Source: a bacterium
Lineage (GTDB): Bacteria > Hinthialibacterota > Hinthialibacteria > Hinthialibacterales > Hinthialibacteraceae
DNA length: 64,000 nucleotides
Assembly: GCA_963663405.2 (NCBI GenBank)
Contig: CAXXSM010000132.1
Location: forward strand, 128,001-192,000
Direction of reading: 5' to 3'
Below are positions 19,220 to 29,098 of this stretch, in pieces (the first letter of the stretch is position 1; every line of letters starts with the position of its first letter). The notes under the pieces are model-generated. The model was not told where the DNA came from and ran no database searches. It was given only the letters and a program-made list of their open reading frames with translations. The position numbers were made by a program, and so were the translations under genes.

Positions 19220-19588
19220 CTATTTTTCACGCAGTAACTCCTCAATCGTTTTCAGGACATCCGCTTGAGAATATGGTTTTAATATAATGCGGTTGATCCC
19301 CATGCCGCGCGCCAGATCGAGTGTGTCACGCTGGGAGGAAGCCGTCACTAAAGCGACTGGCATATCCGGTTTCTTTTCCCGCAAAATAGGAAACACTTCG
19401 AGGCCATTTAGACCGGGCAATTGGTTGTCCAGCAAAAGAAGATCAACAGATTCCGCATCGATTCTTTTCAACAGTTCTTCAGCCGTCGAAAATATAACAA
19501 CCTCATAGCCCTTGAATTCAAGAAGATCGCGTAGATTCTCCCGCAACTCTTCTTCATCATCCACAATCGCAATCCTAGGATTCGGCAT
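19220..19588 (-). CDS. Single-domain response regulator
   Basis: IAIVDDE, LLLDNQLPGLNG, LKP. Confidence 0.9.
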   Translation of the reverse strand: MPNPRIAIVDDEEELRENLRDLLEFKGYEVVIFSTAEELLKRIDAESVDLLLLDNQLPGLNGLEVFPILREKKPDMPVALVTASSQRDTLDLARGMGINRIILKPYSQADVLKTIEELLREK

Positions 19589-19712
19589 TCTCCACTCCTT
19601 TCTCTTGGATGATTCCCATATGTTCAACAATATACGAAAAAATGACGTAATAAATTCCCTGGAATAAAAAAAATATGTATTTATGAAAAGTAAAACGTTG
19701 GAAATGTGGGAA

Positions 19713-20156
19713 TTACTGTGTGTGGATCATTGGAATCGCGTCCGCGATAATTTTCCGGTGATCGAACGCGATCTCAAGTTTTTGATAGGCTTCACTATGA
19801 GGGTTGATCCAGAGAACCGCCTCCGCGTCATCCTGGGCTTGGGCCATCCCGGCTTGATTGACAGAGATGACACAAGCGAGATAAGCGGCGGTGACGGAAT
19901 GCCAGCGCGGATCACGTTTCGGATCGGAATACAGGCCGATCAACCGGTCGATCTCTACGCGCAGGCCGGTTTCTTCTTCGGCTTCACGTAGAGCGCATTG
20001 TTCAACTGTTTCCTCATTCACTTCGAGAAATCCGCCGGGAATCGCATACGCTCCTTGAAATGGATCGTTCTTGCGCCGGATCAAGAGGATCTCTCCCCGC
20101 TCGTTGGGAATCAACATATCTCCCGTAACATTGGGACGTAAAAATTTATCCGTCAT
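19713..20156 (-). CDS. NUDIX hydrolase
   Basis: PGG...ETVEQCALREAEEETGL Nudix box; RDPR. Confidence 0.93.
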   Translation of the reverse strand: MTDKFLRPNVTGDMLIPNERGEILLIRRKNDPFQGAYAIPGGFLEVNEETVEQCALREAEEETGLRVEIDRLIGLYSDPKRDPRWHSVTAAYLACVISVNQAGMAQAQDDAEAVLWINPHSEAYQKLEIAFDHRKIIADAIPMIHTQ

Positions 20157-20344
20157 GAGAGCAATAGCTTTCCATCCTCACGCATGAGAAAAAAGAACAG
20201 TGAACCCGCGATGGGAAAAACAAGGATCACAATCGTCCAGAAGAGTTTCTGCGCAAGGGGCAGCGGCTCTCTCCAGCAACCGGCTAAACCTGCCCCCATC
20301 GCCAAAAAGAACAGTAAATATATGCTCAATACCCAGAGGTCCAT
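20153..20344 (-). CDS. Small membrane protein (PLDc N-terminal-like)
   Basis: KLFWTIVILVFPIAGSLFFF; coupled between topA and the NUDIX gene. Confidence 0.75.
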   Translation of the reverse strand: MDLWVLSIYLLFFLAMGAGLAGCWREPLPLAQKLFWTIVILVFPIAGSLFFFLMREDGKLLLS

Positions 20345-22788
20345 TAGGAGCCGCCTTCTGCTTTGGAATCAGCGTTGTCCTTTTCTTCGCTCGTATTGGC
20401 GCCGGGGATTTCACCAGGCTGGGCCTCACGGGAATACCCGCATTCCTTGACCGTGCATTTAATCGTCGGCCCTTTGCGTTTGTAGTCTTTGAAGACTAAA
20501 AACGGATTCCCGCATTGAGGGCATTTTTCGGGAATAGGCCGATCCCACGAGACAAAATTGCAATCTGGATACTTCCCGCACCCAAAGAACACACGGCCCC
20601 GTTTCGATCGCCGTTCGACAACGTCTCCATCACAGCCTGGCAATGGGCATTTAATCCCTGTCGGCAGCGGTTTGGTGTTTTTACACTTTGGGTAAGCCGA
20701 ACAGGCCATAAAACTGCCATAACGCCCTGGACGGATGACCATTTTCTCTCCGCATTTATCGCAAACCTCATCTGTCTCGATAATTTCCGTCTCACTCAAT
20801 GAGGCGGTGTAATCACAGTCTGGATAGCCCGTGCAGGCGATGAACCAATTGGTCCGCCCCCATTTCTTGACGAGAGGCTTTCCACATTTGGGGCAGGCTT
20901 CATCCGTCGGCTGCTGGAGATTGCGCAACGCTTCTCCAAAGCCTTTAACCGCGTTCTCCAAGTCCTTCGAGAAGGGGGTATAGAAATCGCTCAACAACTG
21001 GACCCAATCCGCTTTCCCGTCTTCCACCTCATCCAGTTTATTCTCAACACCGGCGGTGAAACCGACTTCAACAATATCGGGAAATGTCGCCACGAGCACC
21101 TTATTCACGACTTCCCCCAACGGTGTGGAGTAGAAGCGTTTCTCTTTCCGCTCCATATACTGCCGGTCGACCAGCGTTTTAACGATTGACGCGTAGGTGC
21201 TGGGCCGCCCGATGCCGTCTTTTTCCAATTCACGTATCAAAGAGGCGTCATTAAACCGGGCTGGAGGCCGTGTGAAGTGCTGTTCGGGATCGATCTCGAC
21301 AGCCTTGAGCGATTCGCCTTCTTTCAACTGGGGCAGCAGCTGATCTTTTTGGTCGTTGGCCTCACGATAAACACGGGTATAGCCGTCAAAGGTCAGGATC
21401 GAACCGGTCGCTTTAAAGACATATGAATCATCCTGGATAAAAATGACCGTGGAGAGATACTCCGCTGGTTTCATCTGACAGGCCAGGAAGCGTTTCCAGA
21501 TAAGATCGTATAATTTCGCCTGATCGCCTTTCAAATACTTTTTTACTTTATCAGGGGAATGGACTTCATTAATATACGTTGGACGGATCGCTTCGTGCGC
21601 GTCCTGCGCCTTTTTGCTGGTTTTATAGACGTTGGGAGATTCTGGAAGGTAGTCTTCCCCCATAGCGGAGGCGATATACTCCCGCCCCATCTGAACCGCT
21701 TCGTTGGCGATGCGTACGGAATCGGTTCGCATGTAGGTAATTAAACCCACCGTTTCATCACCGATGTCGATCCCCTCATAGAGTCCCTGCGCCGCCCGCA
21801 TGGTTCGGTCACCGGTAAAGCCGAGGAGCCGGGAAGCGTCCTGTTGTAATGTGCTGGTGATATAAGGCGCGGGGGGACGGCGGGTGCGTTTACGGCTTTC
21901 GATCTTGTCGAGATGATAGTCCGCCTGTTTCAGCGATTCGAGAAGGGCGTTGGATTGTTCGACGGTTTGAATGTGAAGTGTGTTTTTTTCTTCTTTTTCC
22001 CCATTCTCATCGCCGGTTTCTTCTTCGCCCTGATGACTGATGATTTTTGAATCGACGCTGTACAGCTCCGCCTTGATCTGTTGTTCGTCAGCGTTTTGAA
22101 AGACGCCATGAATTGTCCAGTATTCAACCGGTTTGAACGCCCGGATTTCTTCTTCCCGCTCGCAAACGAGCCTTAGCGCCACGGATTGTACCCGCCCTGC
22201 TGAAAGTGGTTTATTATTACGGGTTACTGAGCGGGTTAGCAGTGGACTGATTTTATATCCCACCAACCGGTCCAAGATCCGACGAGCCTGTTGGGCGTTA
22301 ACCAGATCCATATCGATATGCCCGGCGTTTTGTATCGCCGCCTGCACCGCTTGCTTGGTGATTTCATTAAACGTAACTCGGTGAATGTTCGCGGCGTCCA
22401 CTTTTTCTTGCAGCAATTCAGCCAGATGCCAGGAAATGGCTTCTCCTTCGCGGTCCGGGTCCGGCGCCAGATAGACGCTTTCACTATCCGTCGCCAGTTT
22501 TTGGAGTTTTTTGACGGTTTTTTCTTGATCTTCGCCCGTCACATATGTCGGTTGGAACCGGTTTTCGAGATCAACACCCAAATCTTTCTGGGGGAGATCG
22601 CGCACATGTCCCATCGAAGCCGTCACATGATAATCGGATCCGAGAAATTTATTAATCGTCTTCGCTTTGGCGGGTGATTCGACGATCACTAAGGAAGACG
22701 GCTTTGATTTCGGCTTTGCTGACACCGTTTTCTTTTTCGCTGTAGCTTTCTTTTCCGTTGTAGTTTTTTTCGTTGTAGTTTTTGGCAC
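20344..22788 (-). CDS. topA: DNA topoisomerase I
   Basis: IVESPAKAKTI, DPDREGE, SAGRVQS, ITYMRTDS, C-terminal zinc ribbons. Confidence 0.98.
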   Translation of the reverse strand: MPKTTTKKTTTEKKATAKKKTVSAKPKSKPSSLVIVESPAKAKTINKFLGSDYHVTASMGHVRDLPQKDLGVDLENRFQPTYVTGEDQEKTVKKLQKLATDSESVYLAPDPDREGEAISWHLAELLQEKVDAANIHRVTFNEITKQAVQAAIQNAGHIDMDLVNAQQARRILDRLVGYKISPLLTRSVTRNNKPLSAGRVQSVALRLVCEREEEIRAFKPVEYWTIHGVFQNADEQQIKAELYSVDSKIISHQGEEETGDENGEKEEKNTLHIQTVEQSNALLESLKQADYHLDKIESRKRTRRPPAPYITSTLQQDASRLLGFTGDRTMRAAQGLYEGIDIGDETVGLITYMRTDSVRIANEAVQMGREYIASAMGEDYLPESPNVYKTSKKAQDAHEAIRPTYINEVHSPDKVKKYLKGDQAKLYDLIWKRFLACQMKPAEYLSTVIFIQDDSYVFKATGSILTFDGYTRVYREANDQKDQLLPQLKEGESLKAVEIDPEQHFTRPPARFNDASLIRELEKDGIGRPSTYASIVKTLVDRQYMERKEKRFYSTPLGEVVNKVLVATFPDIVEVGFTAGVENKLDEVEDGKADWVQLLSDFYTPFSKDLENAVKGFGEALRNLQQPTDEACPKCGKPLVKKWGRTNWFIACTGYPDCDYTASLSETEIIETDEVCDKCGEKMVIRPGRYGSFMACSAYPKCKNTKPLPTGIKCPLPGCDGDVVERRSKRGRVFFGCGKYPDCNFVSWDRPIPEKCPQCGNPFLVFKDYKRKGPTIKCTVKECGYSREAQPGEIPGANTSEEKDNADSKAEGGS

Positions 22789-23151
22789 TATTATTCCTCC
22801 AACTGATATCCGAGATTGATTCTCTGCGTATCAATCGGTGTGTATTTCATAATTGTATCTCTTTCAAGAGCATAAACGGCAAAAAGCCGGAATCCACTCA
22901 AATTTGAGGGTGGACTTAATACTGACTTGTTAGCCAGAGTTTTTTTAACGGAGTATAGCTCACTATCTACCTAAGACGGAAGCAAATTCCTCCTATGGAT
23001 GAATGCAATCTAAATGTGAATTTGCAGATTAGCCTTATTAAGAATCAAATGCGCACGCTTAGACTTTTAGAAAACATAGCCCATCATTCAAAAACAGTGT
23101 AGGGGAATCCGCCACACCGGCCGCCGTCTCATTCAAATCCAAAAAATCGTA

Positions 23152-23925
23152 TCAAACAAGGTCAGTAGATAACCGGATAACTTTATCCACTTCTTCCTGA
23201 CTGAGTACTCTCCATTGGCCGGCCGGAAGATCACCGAGTGATACCGGACCGATTTTCAAGCGGATTAACGAGACAACCGAAAGCCCCACCTCTTTACACA
23301 TCCGCCGGATCTGCCGATTCCGTCCTTCCCGGATTTTCAATCGAAACGATCTCCCCTCATCCTTTTCCGGCGCTGGTTTCGACAATTGAGCCGGTAATGT
23401 GCGTTTCCCATCGATTAGGACGCCGTTTGTAAGAAGATCCTCTGCTTTTTGTGATAATGGGCGGTCAACTTGCACAAGATATTCCTTCCATACCTGGTGG
23501 CTTGGGTGCAGTAAAATCCGCGACCAATCCCCATCATTGGTTAACAGCAGTAATCCTTCCGAATCCATATCCAACCGCCCGGCCGGAAAGAGACCGGCTT
23601 GTTTGAATTCCGAAGGCAGTAGATCCATTACTATCGGACGCCCTTGTGGATCATCCCGCGTGGTCACATATCCTCGAGGCTTATTCAGGGCGAGGTAAAG
23701 GGCTTCCGGCGCGGCGCGTAAAACGGTTCCATCGACGGCAACCCGCTGGGAGGCTGGATCAATCCGCGTCCCCAGTTGACGGCATGTCACCCCATCGACC
23801 GATACGCGGCCCGCCTCGATCCATTCATCCGCCTTTCGGCGTGAACAAAGCCCATGCCGGGCAATCAATTGATTAAGCCGGACGGTCGCTGTCTGGGGAG
23901 GTTGTTTCCTCTTGGGTTGAGTCAT
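23152..23925 (-). CDS. rluB: rRNA pseudouridine synthase (RluB/RsuA family)
   Basis: S4 domain SRRKADEWI; GRLDMDSEGLLLLTND; EGRNRQIRRM; follows scpAB. Confidence 0.88.
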   Translation of the reverse strand: MTQPKRKQPPQTATVRLNQLIARHGLCSRRKADEWIEAGRVSVDGVTCRQLGTRIDPASQRVAVDGTVLRAAPEALYLALNKPRGYVTTRDDPQGRPIVMDLLPSEFKQAGLFPAGRLDMDSEGLLLLTNDGDWSRILLHPSHQVWKEYLVQVDRPLSQKAEDLLTNGVLIDGKRTLPAQLSKPAPEKDEGRSFRLKIREGRNRQIRRMCKEVGLSVVSLIRLKIGPVSLGDLPAGQWRVLSQEEVDKVIRLSTDLV

Positions 23926-24613
23926 TTTCAACTTGCGTTTCTACCGGATCCGGATCAGCGGGAGATGCGTCTTCATTTTCAGATTCATCCACCTGACTCT
24001 TTTGAGAATCTCCAGATTCCGCAGGCGCCTGTCCGGTTTCGCTGGACGTTTCTTCCCCTTCCATCGCGGAGACGCTGGAAAACGTATCGGAAAGTTGCTC
24101 GACGGGGGGGAGATCATCGAGTGAATTTATTCCAAAATATTCCAGGAACTTTTTCGTTGTGCCATATAAATTGGGCCGTCCAGGTACTTCCTTGGCTCCA
24201 ACGACTTTGATCAAGCGTTTATCCAGCAGGGATTTTAATACGCCATCCACCCCCACTCCTCGGATCGCTTCAATCTCGGCGCGGGTCAAGGGCTGTTTGT
24301 AGGCGACAATCGCGACCGTTTCCATCGCTGGGCCACTCAGTACGCTTTTCCGTTTCCGTTCAAGAAAACGATTGATGAAAACGCTGTGTGTGGGCCGTGT
24401 ACGCAGCTGATAGCCACCGGCCACTTCCATCACTTGAATTCCTGCGCCGGTTTCCAGGTACCGCGCGGACAAATCATCGATGGCGGAGCAAATCTCGTCT
24501 TTCGGCATATCCAGCACATCTTGCAACCGTTTCAACGGGAGCGGATCACCCGCGACGAATATCAACGCTTCGATGGCGCCAATCAATTGTTCTCGGTCTT
24601 GTATCTCACTCAT
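23873..24613 (-). CDS. scpB: SMC-Scp complex subunit ScpB
   Basis: IEALIF, AGGYQL, ETVAIVAYKQP.TRAEIEAIRGV, GRPNLYGTT. Confidence 0.95.
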   Translation of the reverse strand: MSEIQDREQLIGAIEALIFVAGDPLPLKRLQDVLDMPKDEICSAIDDLSARYLETGAGIQVMEVAGGYQLRTRPTHSVFINRFLERKRKSVLSGPAMETVAIVAYKQPLTRAEIEAIRGVGVDGVLKSLLDKRLIKVVGAKEVPGRPNLYGTTKKFLEYFGINSLDDLPPVEQLSDTFSSVSAMEGEETSSETGQAPAESGDSQKSQVDESENEDASPADPDPVETQVENDSTQEETTSPDSDRPA

Positions 24614-24687
24614 TGTATTGTTCAACGCAGAATGTAGGACCCACGATTTCAAACCCCACGCGATTTTTTATTCCAAATAAATATATA

Positions 24688-25665
24688 TTATTCCAGTTCT
24701 TCATCAGCGGATTCTTCTTCGTCCGCTGTATTCTCTTCGGAGGATGTCTTGAGATTCTCCCCTTTCTCTAGGAAAATCTCTCCGTGGTTCTGATCTTGAT
24801 ACGCCTTGACTTCATGCAGGCGAATCATCTCCAGCAAGGCAAGGAAAACGACAATCACTTCGAGTTTGGCTTTCAATGTAGTCAAATAAGAATACAACGA
24901 AATTCGTTCGTTATGGATGATCAACGCAGCGATCTCAAGCATTTTTTCATCCACGGAATACGATTCACCCGTAATAACACGCCCTTCGGCGGTTCCGATT
25001 TCCTCCAGAATTCTCTGAAATGTGCTCGCGAGATCGTATACGCTGACCTCTGTGTACTCCACTACGTTCCGCGCCCCTTCCGGGGAAGGGCCGACACGGG
25101 AGAACAGGGCGGCGCTCTCTTCTTCACGAGCGCGCAATTCATCCGCCAATGCGCGGAACCGTTCGTATTCCTGCCGGCGTTCTTCCAGCAGCCGGTCGGA
25201 GATTTCTTCTTCTTCCTCTTCGATTTCTTCCCTTGGTAAGAGGGCGCGGGTTTTATACCGAACCAGTAATGCGGCTAATACCAGATATTCACCCGCCAAA
25301 TCAAGGTCTTTTTCTTTCCATTCCCGCACTTGGTTCAGGAATTCATCCGTAATGGAGGCGATGGATATCGTGAAAATATCCATCTCATGTTTGGCGATCA
25401 AATGCACCAGCAAGTCCATTGGACCAGTGAATCCCGGCACATTGACGGGCAGACGCGCCGCCAGCGTATTTGTTGTCCCCGCCGGTTGTTTCGAATTGGA
25501 CGCTTCGTTCGGACTGGATTCTTCTGATTGAGCCGGGATTTCGTCTGGCTTAGGTTCTTCTGCCTGGATAGACGCTTCGTCCGGGCTGGGCTCTTCTATT
25601 TGAGCCGGCGTTTCGTCTGGAGAACGTTGTATCTCTTGGGATTCATCCGCAGCCAATGGGCGCAT
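24688..25665 (-). CDS. scpA: Segregation/condensation protein ScpA with acidic repeat N-terminus
   Basis: FTGPMDLLVHLI, EYLVLAALL, FLALLEMIR. Confidence 0.93.
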   Translation of the reverse strand: MRPLAADESQEIQRSPDETPAQIEEPSPDEASIQAEEPKPDEIPAQSEESSPNEASNSKQPAGTTNTLAARLPVNVPGFTGPMDLLVHLIAKHEMDIFTISIASITDEFLNQVREWKEKDLDLAGEYLVLAALLVRYKTRALLPREEIEEEEEEISDRLLEERRQEYERFRALADELRAREEESAALFSRVGPSPEGARNVVEYTEVSVYDLASTFQRILEEIGTAEGRVITGESYSVDEKMLEIAALIIHNERISLYSYLTTLKAKLEVIVVFLALLEMIRLHEVKAYQDQNHGEIFLEKGENLKTSSEENTADEEESADEELE

Positions 25666-25865
25666 TCCACACTTTCATAGTTTGATGACCGCTGGGTCCA
25701 TGACTATCTCGGTGATTCTATTCTGAAATTATAATAGCGGAAGGACCCGAACTCCGATCCTCATTTTTTACCTTGATTGTATATCGATTGAATCAGGAGG
25801 CCAACACACTCGTACACGCAACAATATCGACATTGAAGATCTCTTGTTTTCAAAGAATAAGGAGA

Positions 25866-26819
25866 ATGAATGTGAAACGATTTACCCTGTTTTTCTTGAT
25901 GTATTACACTACAGCAAGTTTTCTTACTCACGCGCAGGAAATCCATTTAGATAAATACAAGAACCAGCCACAAACCATCACGAAAATCCGTGTCGCTTCT
26001 GTATCCGTCTTTCCAGAAAAATGGGAAAAAGAGATCAATTGGAACCGTATCGAACATCTCGTCCGGAAAGCAAAGGAAGAATTAAACGCCCAAGTGGTTG
26101 TTACGCCCGAAGGCGCGCTGGAAGGTTACGTCATCAATCAGGTCAATAAAACCGAAGATCCACAAGAGAAAGAGACCATCGTAGAGAAATTCAAACAGTT
26201 GGGAGAACCGCTCAACGGCCCCTATATCCAAAAAGCCCGCGCCTTGTCGGATGAACTGAACGTTTTTTTCGCGCTGGGTTTTTTAGAACGGCGTGGAGAC
26301 CGGCTCTTCAATTCCGTCATTCTGATTGATCCTGATGGGGACATCATCGCCCGGTACAGTAAAACTCATTTCGCGCAGGGCTATACGATCAATCCATCCT
26401 GCTATACGGCGGGGGATGAATATCCAGTGTTTGACACGCCGTTTGGAAAAGCAGCCTTCCTGATCTGTTACGACCGCCAACTCCCTGAACCGGCTCGAAT
26501 CCTGGCCCTCAAAGGCGCGCAAATTCTCTTTTTTCCCTCTTACGGCAGCTACACAGACCGCGACGGCTGGAACACGGTCCTGCTTCGAACCCGCGCCTAT
26601 GAAAATCGAATGCCACTCGTCTTCTCTCACCCCAACCAGAGTTTATTAATCGATCGTAAAGGCAAACTCGTCAAAATCGGCGAAGCCGGCGAAACCGTCT
26701 GCTATGAAATAGACACCTCCCCCGAAAAATACAAAGACCGCTTCCGCAACCGCCGCCCAGGAACGTATACACCGCTGACGGACGGTCCCGATCCTGCGGC
26801 GCCGGGCAATCAAAGATAA
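25866..26819 (+). CDS. Carbon-nitrogen hydrolase (nitrilase family), probably exported
   Basis: E-K-C triad: TPEG, YSKTH, ICYDR; TRAYEN; N-terminal signal-like segment. Confidence 0.9.
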   Translation: MNVKRFTLFFLMYYTTASFLTHAQEIHLDKYKNQPQTITKIRVASVSVFPEKWEKEINWNRIEHLVRKAKEELNAQVVVTPEGALEGYVINQVNKTEDPQEKETIVEKFKQLGEPLNGPYIQKARALSDELNVFFALGFLERRGDRLFNSVILIDPDGDIIARYSKTHFAQGYTINPSCYTAGDEYPVFDTPFGKAAFLICYDRQLPEPARILALKGAQILFFPSYGSYTDRDGWNTVLLRTRAYENRMPLVFSHPNQSLLIDRKGKLVKIGEAGETVCYEIDTSPEKYKDRFRNRRPGTYTPLTDGPDPAAPGNQR

Positions 26820-26848
26820 ATCAAGTACATAGAGGAAAGAGGTGGATC

Positions 26849-27184
26849 ATGAAACAAATAAAAGGCGTGGACGCGCTGGATGTTCTGAGGGATCGATATG
26901 GTATTGAACCTGATGACGAGGATGTTGTTGAAGCCCATGAGCAAATGATGGTTGCCCAGATGATCTATGACGCCCGCATAGAAGCGGGTTTAACGCAACA
27001 AGAACTGGCCGACCTTATCGGTACCCAGCAATCCGTCATTTCCCGATTGGAAGACGCGGATTATGAAGGACACTCTCTTCCAATGCTACGCAAAATCGCT
27101 CGCGCTTTGAAAAAACAGGTTCAAATCCGATTCGTACCCATTGAAAACCAAACCAAGGCATCCGAATTACATCCTGTACGCTAG
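26849..27184 (+). CDS. XRE/HTH antitoxin (HigA-like), orphan copy
   Basis: LTQQELADLIGTQQSVISRLEDADYEGHSL. Confidence 0.88.
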   Translation: MKQIKGVDALDVLRDRYGIEPDDEDVVEAHEQMMVAQMIYDARIEAGLTQQELADLIGTQQSVISRLEDADYEGHSLPMLRKIARALKKQVQIRFVPIENQTKASELHPVR

Positions 27185-27290
27185 GCAATCAAATTTTCTG
27201 CTCTACATTTTTTTAAAATTTTGTTATGTAAATCATACATTTATTGCAATGTGTTTTTGTGCATAATCTTTAGATTAACCACTTATTTAC

Positions 27291-27320
27291 TTGATTTAAT
27301 TATAACAATATTGTTATAAT
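27291..27320 (+). promoter_or_regulatory. TA promoter with perfect 22-bp palindromic operator
   Basis: ATTATAACAATATTGTTATAAT (27299-27320) includes the -10 TATAAT; TTGATT at 27291. Confidence 0.75.
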
Positions 27321-27338
27321 CTTGAGAAAGGGTGATCT

Positions 27339-27712
27339 ATGCCGGAAACGCGTTTGCTTCTTTATAGCATAGCGAAAAAGATGGAACCGTGCCGTTGCTG
27401 GATTGGTTTTATCACATTCCAAAAAAAGCCGTCGCTAAATGCCGCGATCGAATAAAGAGATTGAAAGAACGGGGGCATGAGTTACGACGGCCACATGCTG
27501 ATTATTTAAGGGATGATATTTACGAATTGAGAGCGTCCTTGCAAGGTGTTCAATACCGCATGCTTTATTTTTTTTATGGAAATACCGCTGTGGTGATTTC
27601 TCATGGGATCGTGAAAGAAAAAAAGGTATCCCCGAAAGAAATTGACCGAGCCGTTGAAAGAAGAAAAACATTTTTGAAAAATCCAAAACAACATATGTAC
27701 GAGGAGATATGA
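27339..27712 (+). pseudogene. RelE/HigB-like (Gp49/DUF891) toxin, frameshifted near the start by an ATAGC duplication
   Basis: LRRPHADYLRDDIYELR, YRMLYFF, HGIVKE; removing one ATAGC (27364-27373) restores MPETRLLLYSEKDGTVPLLDW. Confidence 0.75.
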
Positions 27713-28059
27713 TCGTGAGAAAGCGGGAACCGACCACTGATGGAGAAGAAATCATACACCGCCTGTTTTTTGAAGGAAAACCGGAAATGTTGGCGCTGCT
27801 TGAAGAAGAAAGAGTGAATGCCGATATTGCGCAGATAATCTATGATTTACGGAAAGAAGCGAGTTTAACTCAACAGGAACTGGCCGATTTAATCGGAACC
27901 AAGCAAGCCGTTATTGCCCGTCTGGAAGACGCGGACTATGAAGGCCATTCTCTTTCTATGCTGCGCCGGATTGCCGCAGCCCTGAATAAAAAGGTTAAGA
28001 TTGAATTTGTACCTATCGAAAACCGAGCCAAAACATCCGAATTACATCCTGTTCGCTAG
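27709..28059 (+). CDS. XRE/HTH antitoxin (HigA-like)
   Basis: LTQQELADLIGTKQAVIARLEDADYEGHSL; ATGA overlap with the toxin. Confidence 0.9.
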   Translation: MIVRKREPTTDGEEIIHRLFFEGKPEMLALLEEERVNADIAQIIYDLRKEASLTQQELADLIGTKQAVIARLEDADYEGHSLSMLRRIAAALNKKVKIEFVPIENRAKTSELHPVR

Positions 28060-28301
28060 TCTATCAAATTTCCTGAACGACTTGTTTCTTTAAATTATTA
28101 TTGTTACGCAAAATGAACGAGCGGGATTTAATGGAGGGCGGGCGTCTCGCCCGCAATGATAATCCCAAATAATAATGTTCATTCGTCAAATAAGTAGTTA
28201 TCATGTACTCTCATGAAAACCATATCGCTTATGATCGCAATACAGTCGGTTACAGTCATTACGCTGACCTATGCGCTCTGGAATTATGAAAGTAAAATAA
28301 C

Positions 28302-28330
28302 TTGAAATATAGAACTAGGTTCTATATAAT
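28302..28330 (+). promoter_or_regulatory. TA promoter with inverted-repeat operator
   Basis: TTGAAA N17 TATAAT; ATATAGAAC-tag-GTTCTATAT (28307-28327) spans the spacer. Confidence 0.78.
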
Positions 28331-28347
28331 ATATAAAGACTGGGTAA

Positions 28348-28743
28348 ATGAAGCAAGCAAGAATTAAGATATATAAGAATAAATGGTTTGTTAAATTTGC
28401 CAGAAAAGAAGGCATAAGTGATGTCCAGCTGTGCCAAGTGGTTAAAGAGGTAGAGGCGGGGAAAATTGATGCGGATTATGGTGGTGGAGTGATCAAACAA
28501 AGGATTTCCCGCCCCAACGAAGGCAAATCTGGGGGATATCGCTCGATCATTCTTTATCGCCGGGGAAATAGAGCATTTTTTGTGTACGGATTTTCTAAGA
28601 GCAAACGGAATAATATAAGTGAAGCAGAAAAGCGAGAGTTCAAAGAATTGGCAAGGATTACTTTCTCCCTGCCGGAATCCGCTTTAATGAAACTTATCAA
28701 AGCAGGAGTCTATCAGGAGGCGCAGTGTGATGGCGAAGAGTAA
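28348..28743 (+). CDS. RelE/ParE family toxin (DUF1044-like)
   Basis: WFVKFARKEGI, DADYGGGVIKQRI, GKSGGYR, FFVYGFSK. Confidence 0.9.
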   Translation: MKQARIKIYKNKWFVKFARKEGISDVQLCQVVKEVEAGKIDADYGGGVIKQRISRPNEGKSGGYRSIILYRRGNRAFFVYGFSKSKRNNISEAEKREFKELARITFSLPESALMKLIKAGVYQEAQCDGEE

Positions 28744-29053
28744 AACCTACAAAAGCGATGCGTTCGCGGCGATTCACGAAACCGTCTCTGATATGTATGC
28801 CGCGGGTGTCATTGATAAACAAACCATGCGGCGTTTTGATGATTCCTGCCTGACGCCTATTCAGGAATTCACGCCGGAAGAAATACGATCGTTGCGGGAA
28901 CGGGAACAAGTCAGCCAATCCGTCTTTGCTCACCACCTGAACATTTCCAAAGAGTCCGTCAGTCAATGGGAACGAGGCGAAAAAAAACCGAGTGGGACAT
29001 CATTGAAACTGCTCTCACTAATCGCTCGTAAGGGGCTTGCGTCCATCGCATAA
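28730..29053 (+). CDS. HTH antitoxin (DNA-binding transcriptional regulator)
   Basis: AIHETVSDM, TMRRFD, LREREQVSQSVFA, WERGEKKPSG. Confidence 0.9.
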   Translation: MAKSKTYKSDAFAAIHETVSDMYAAGVIDKQTMRRFDDSCLTPIQEFTPEEIRSLREREQVSQSVFAHHLNISKESVSQWERGEKKPSGTSLKLLSLIARKGLASIA

Positions 29054-29098
29054 AAATTACCTGCCATAATTTGACTCTAACATCGATGGAACTATAAC

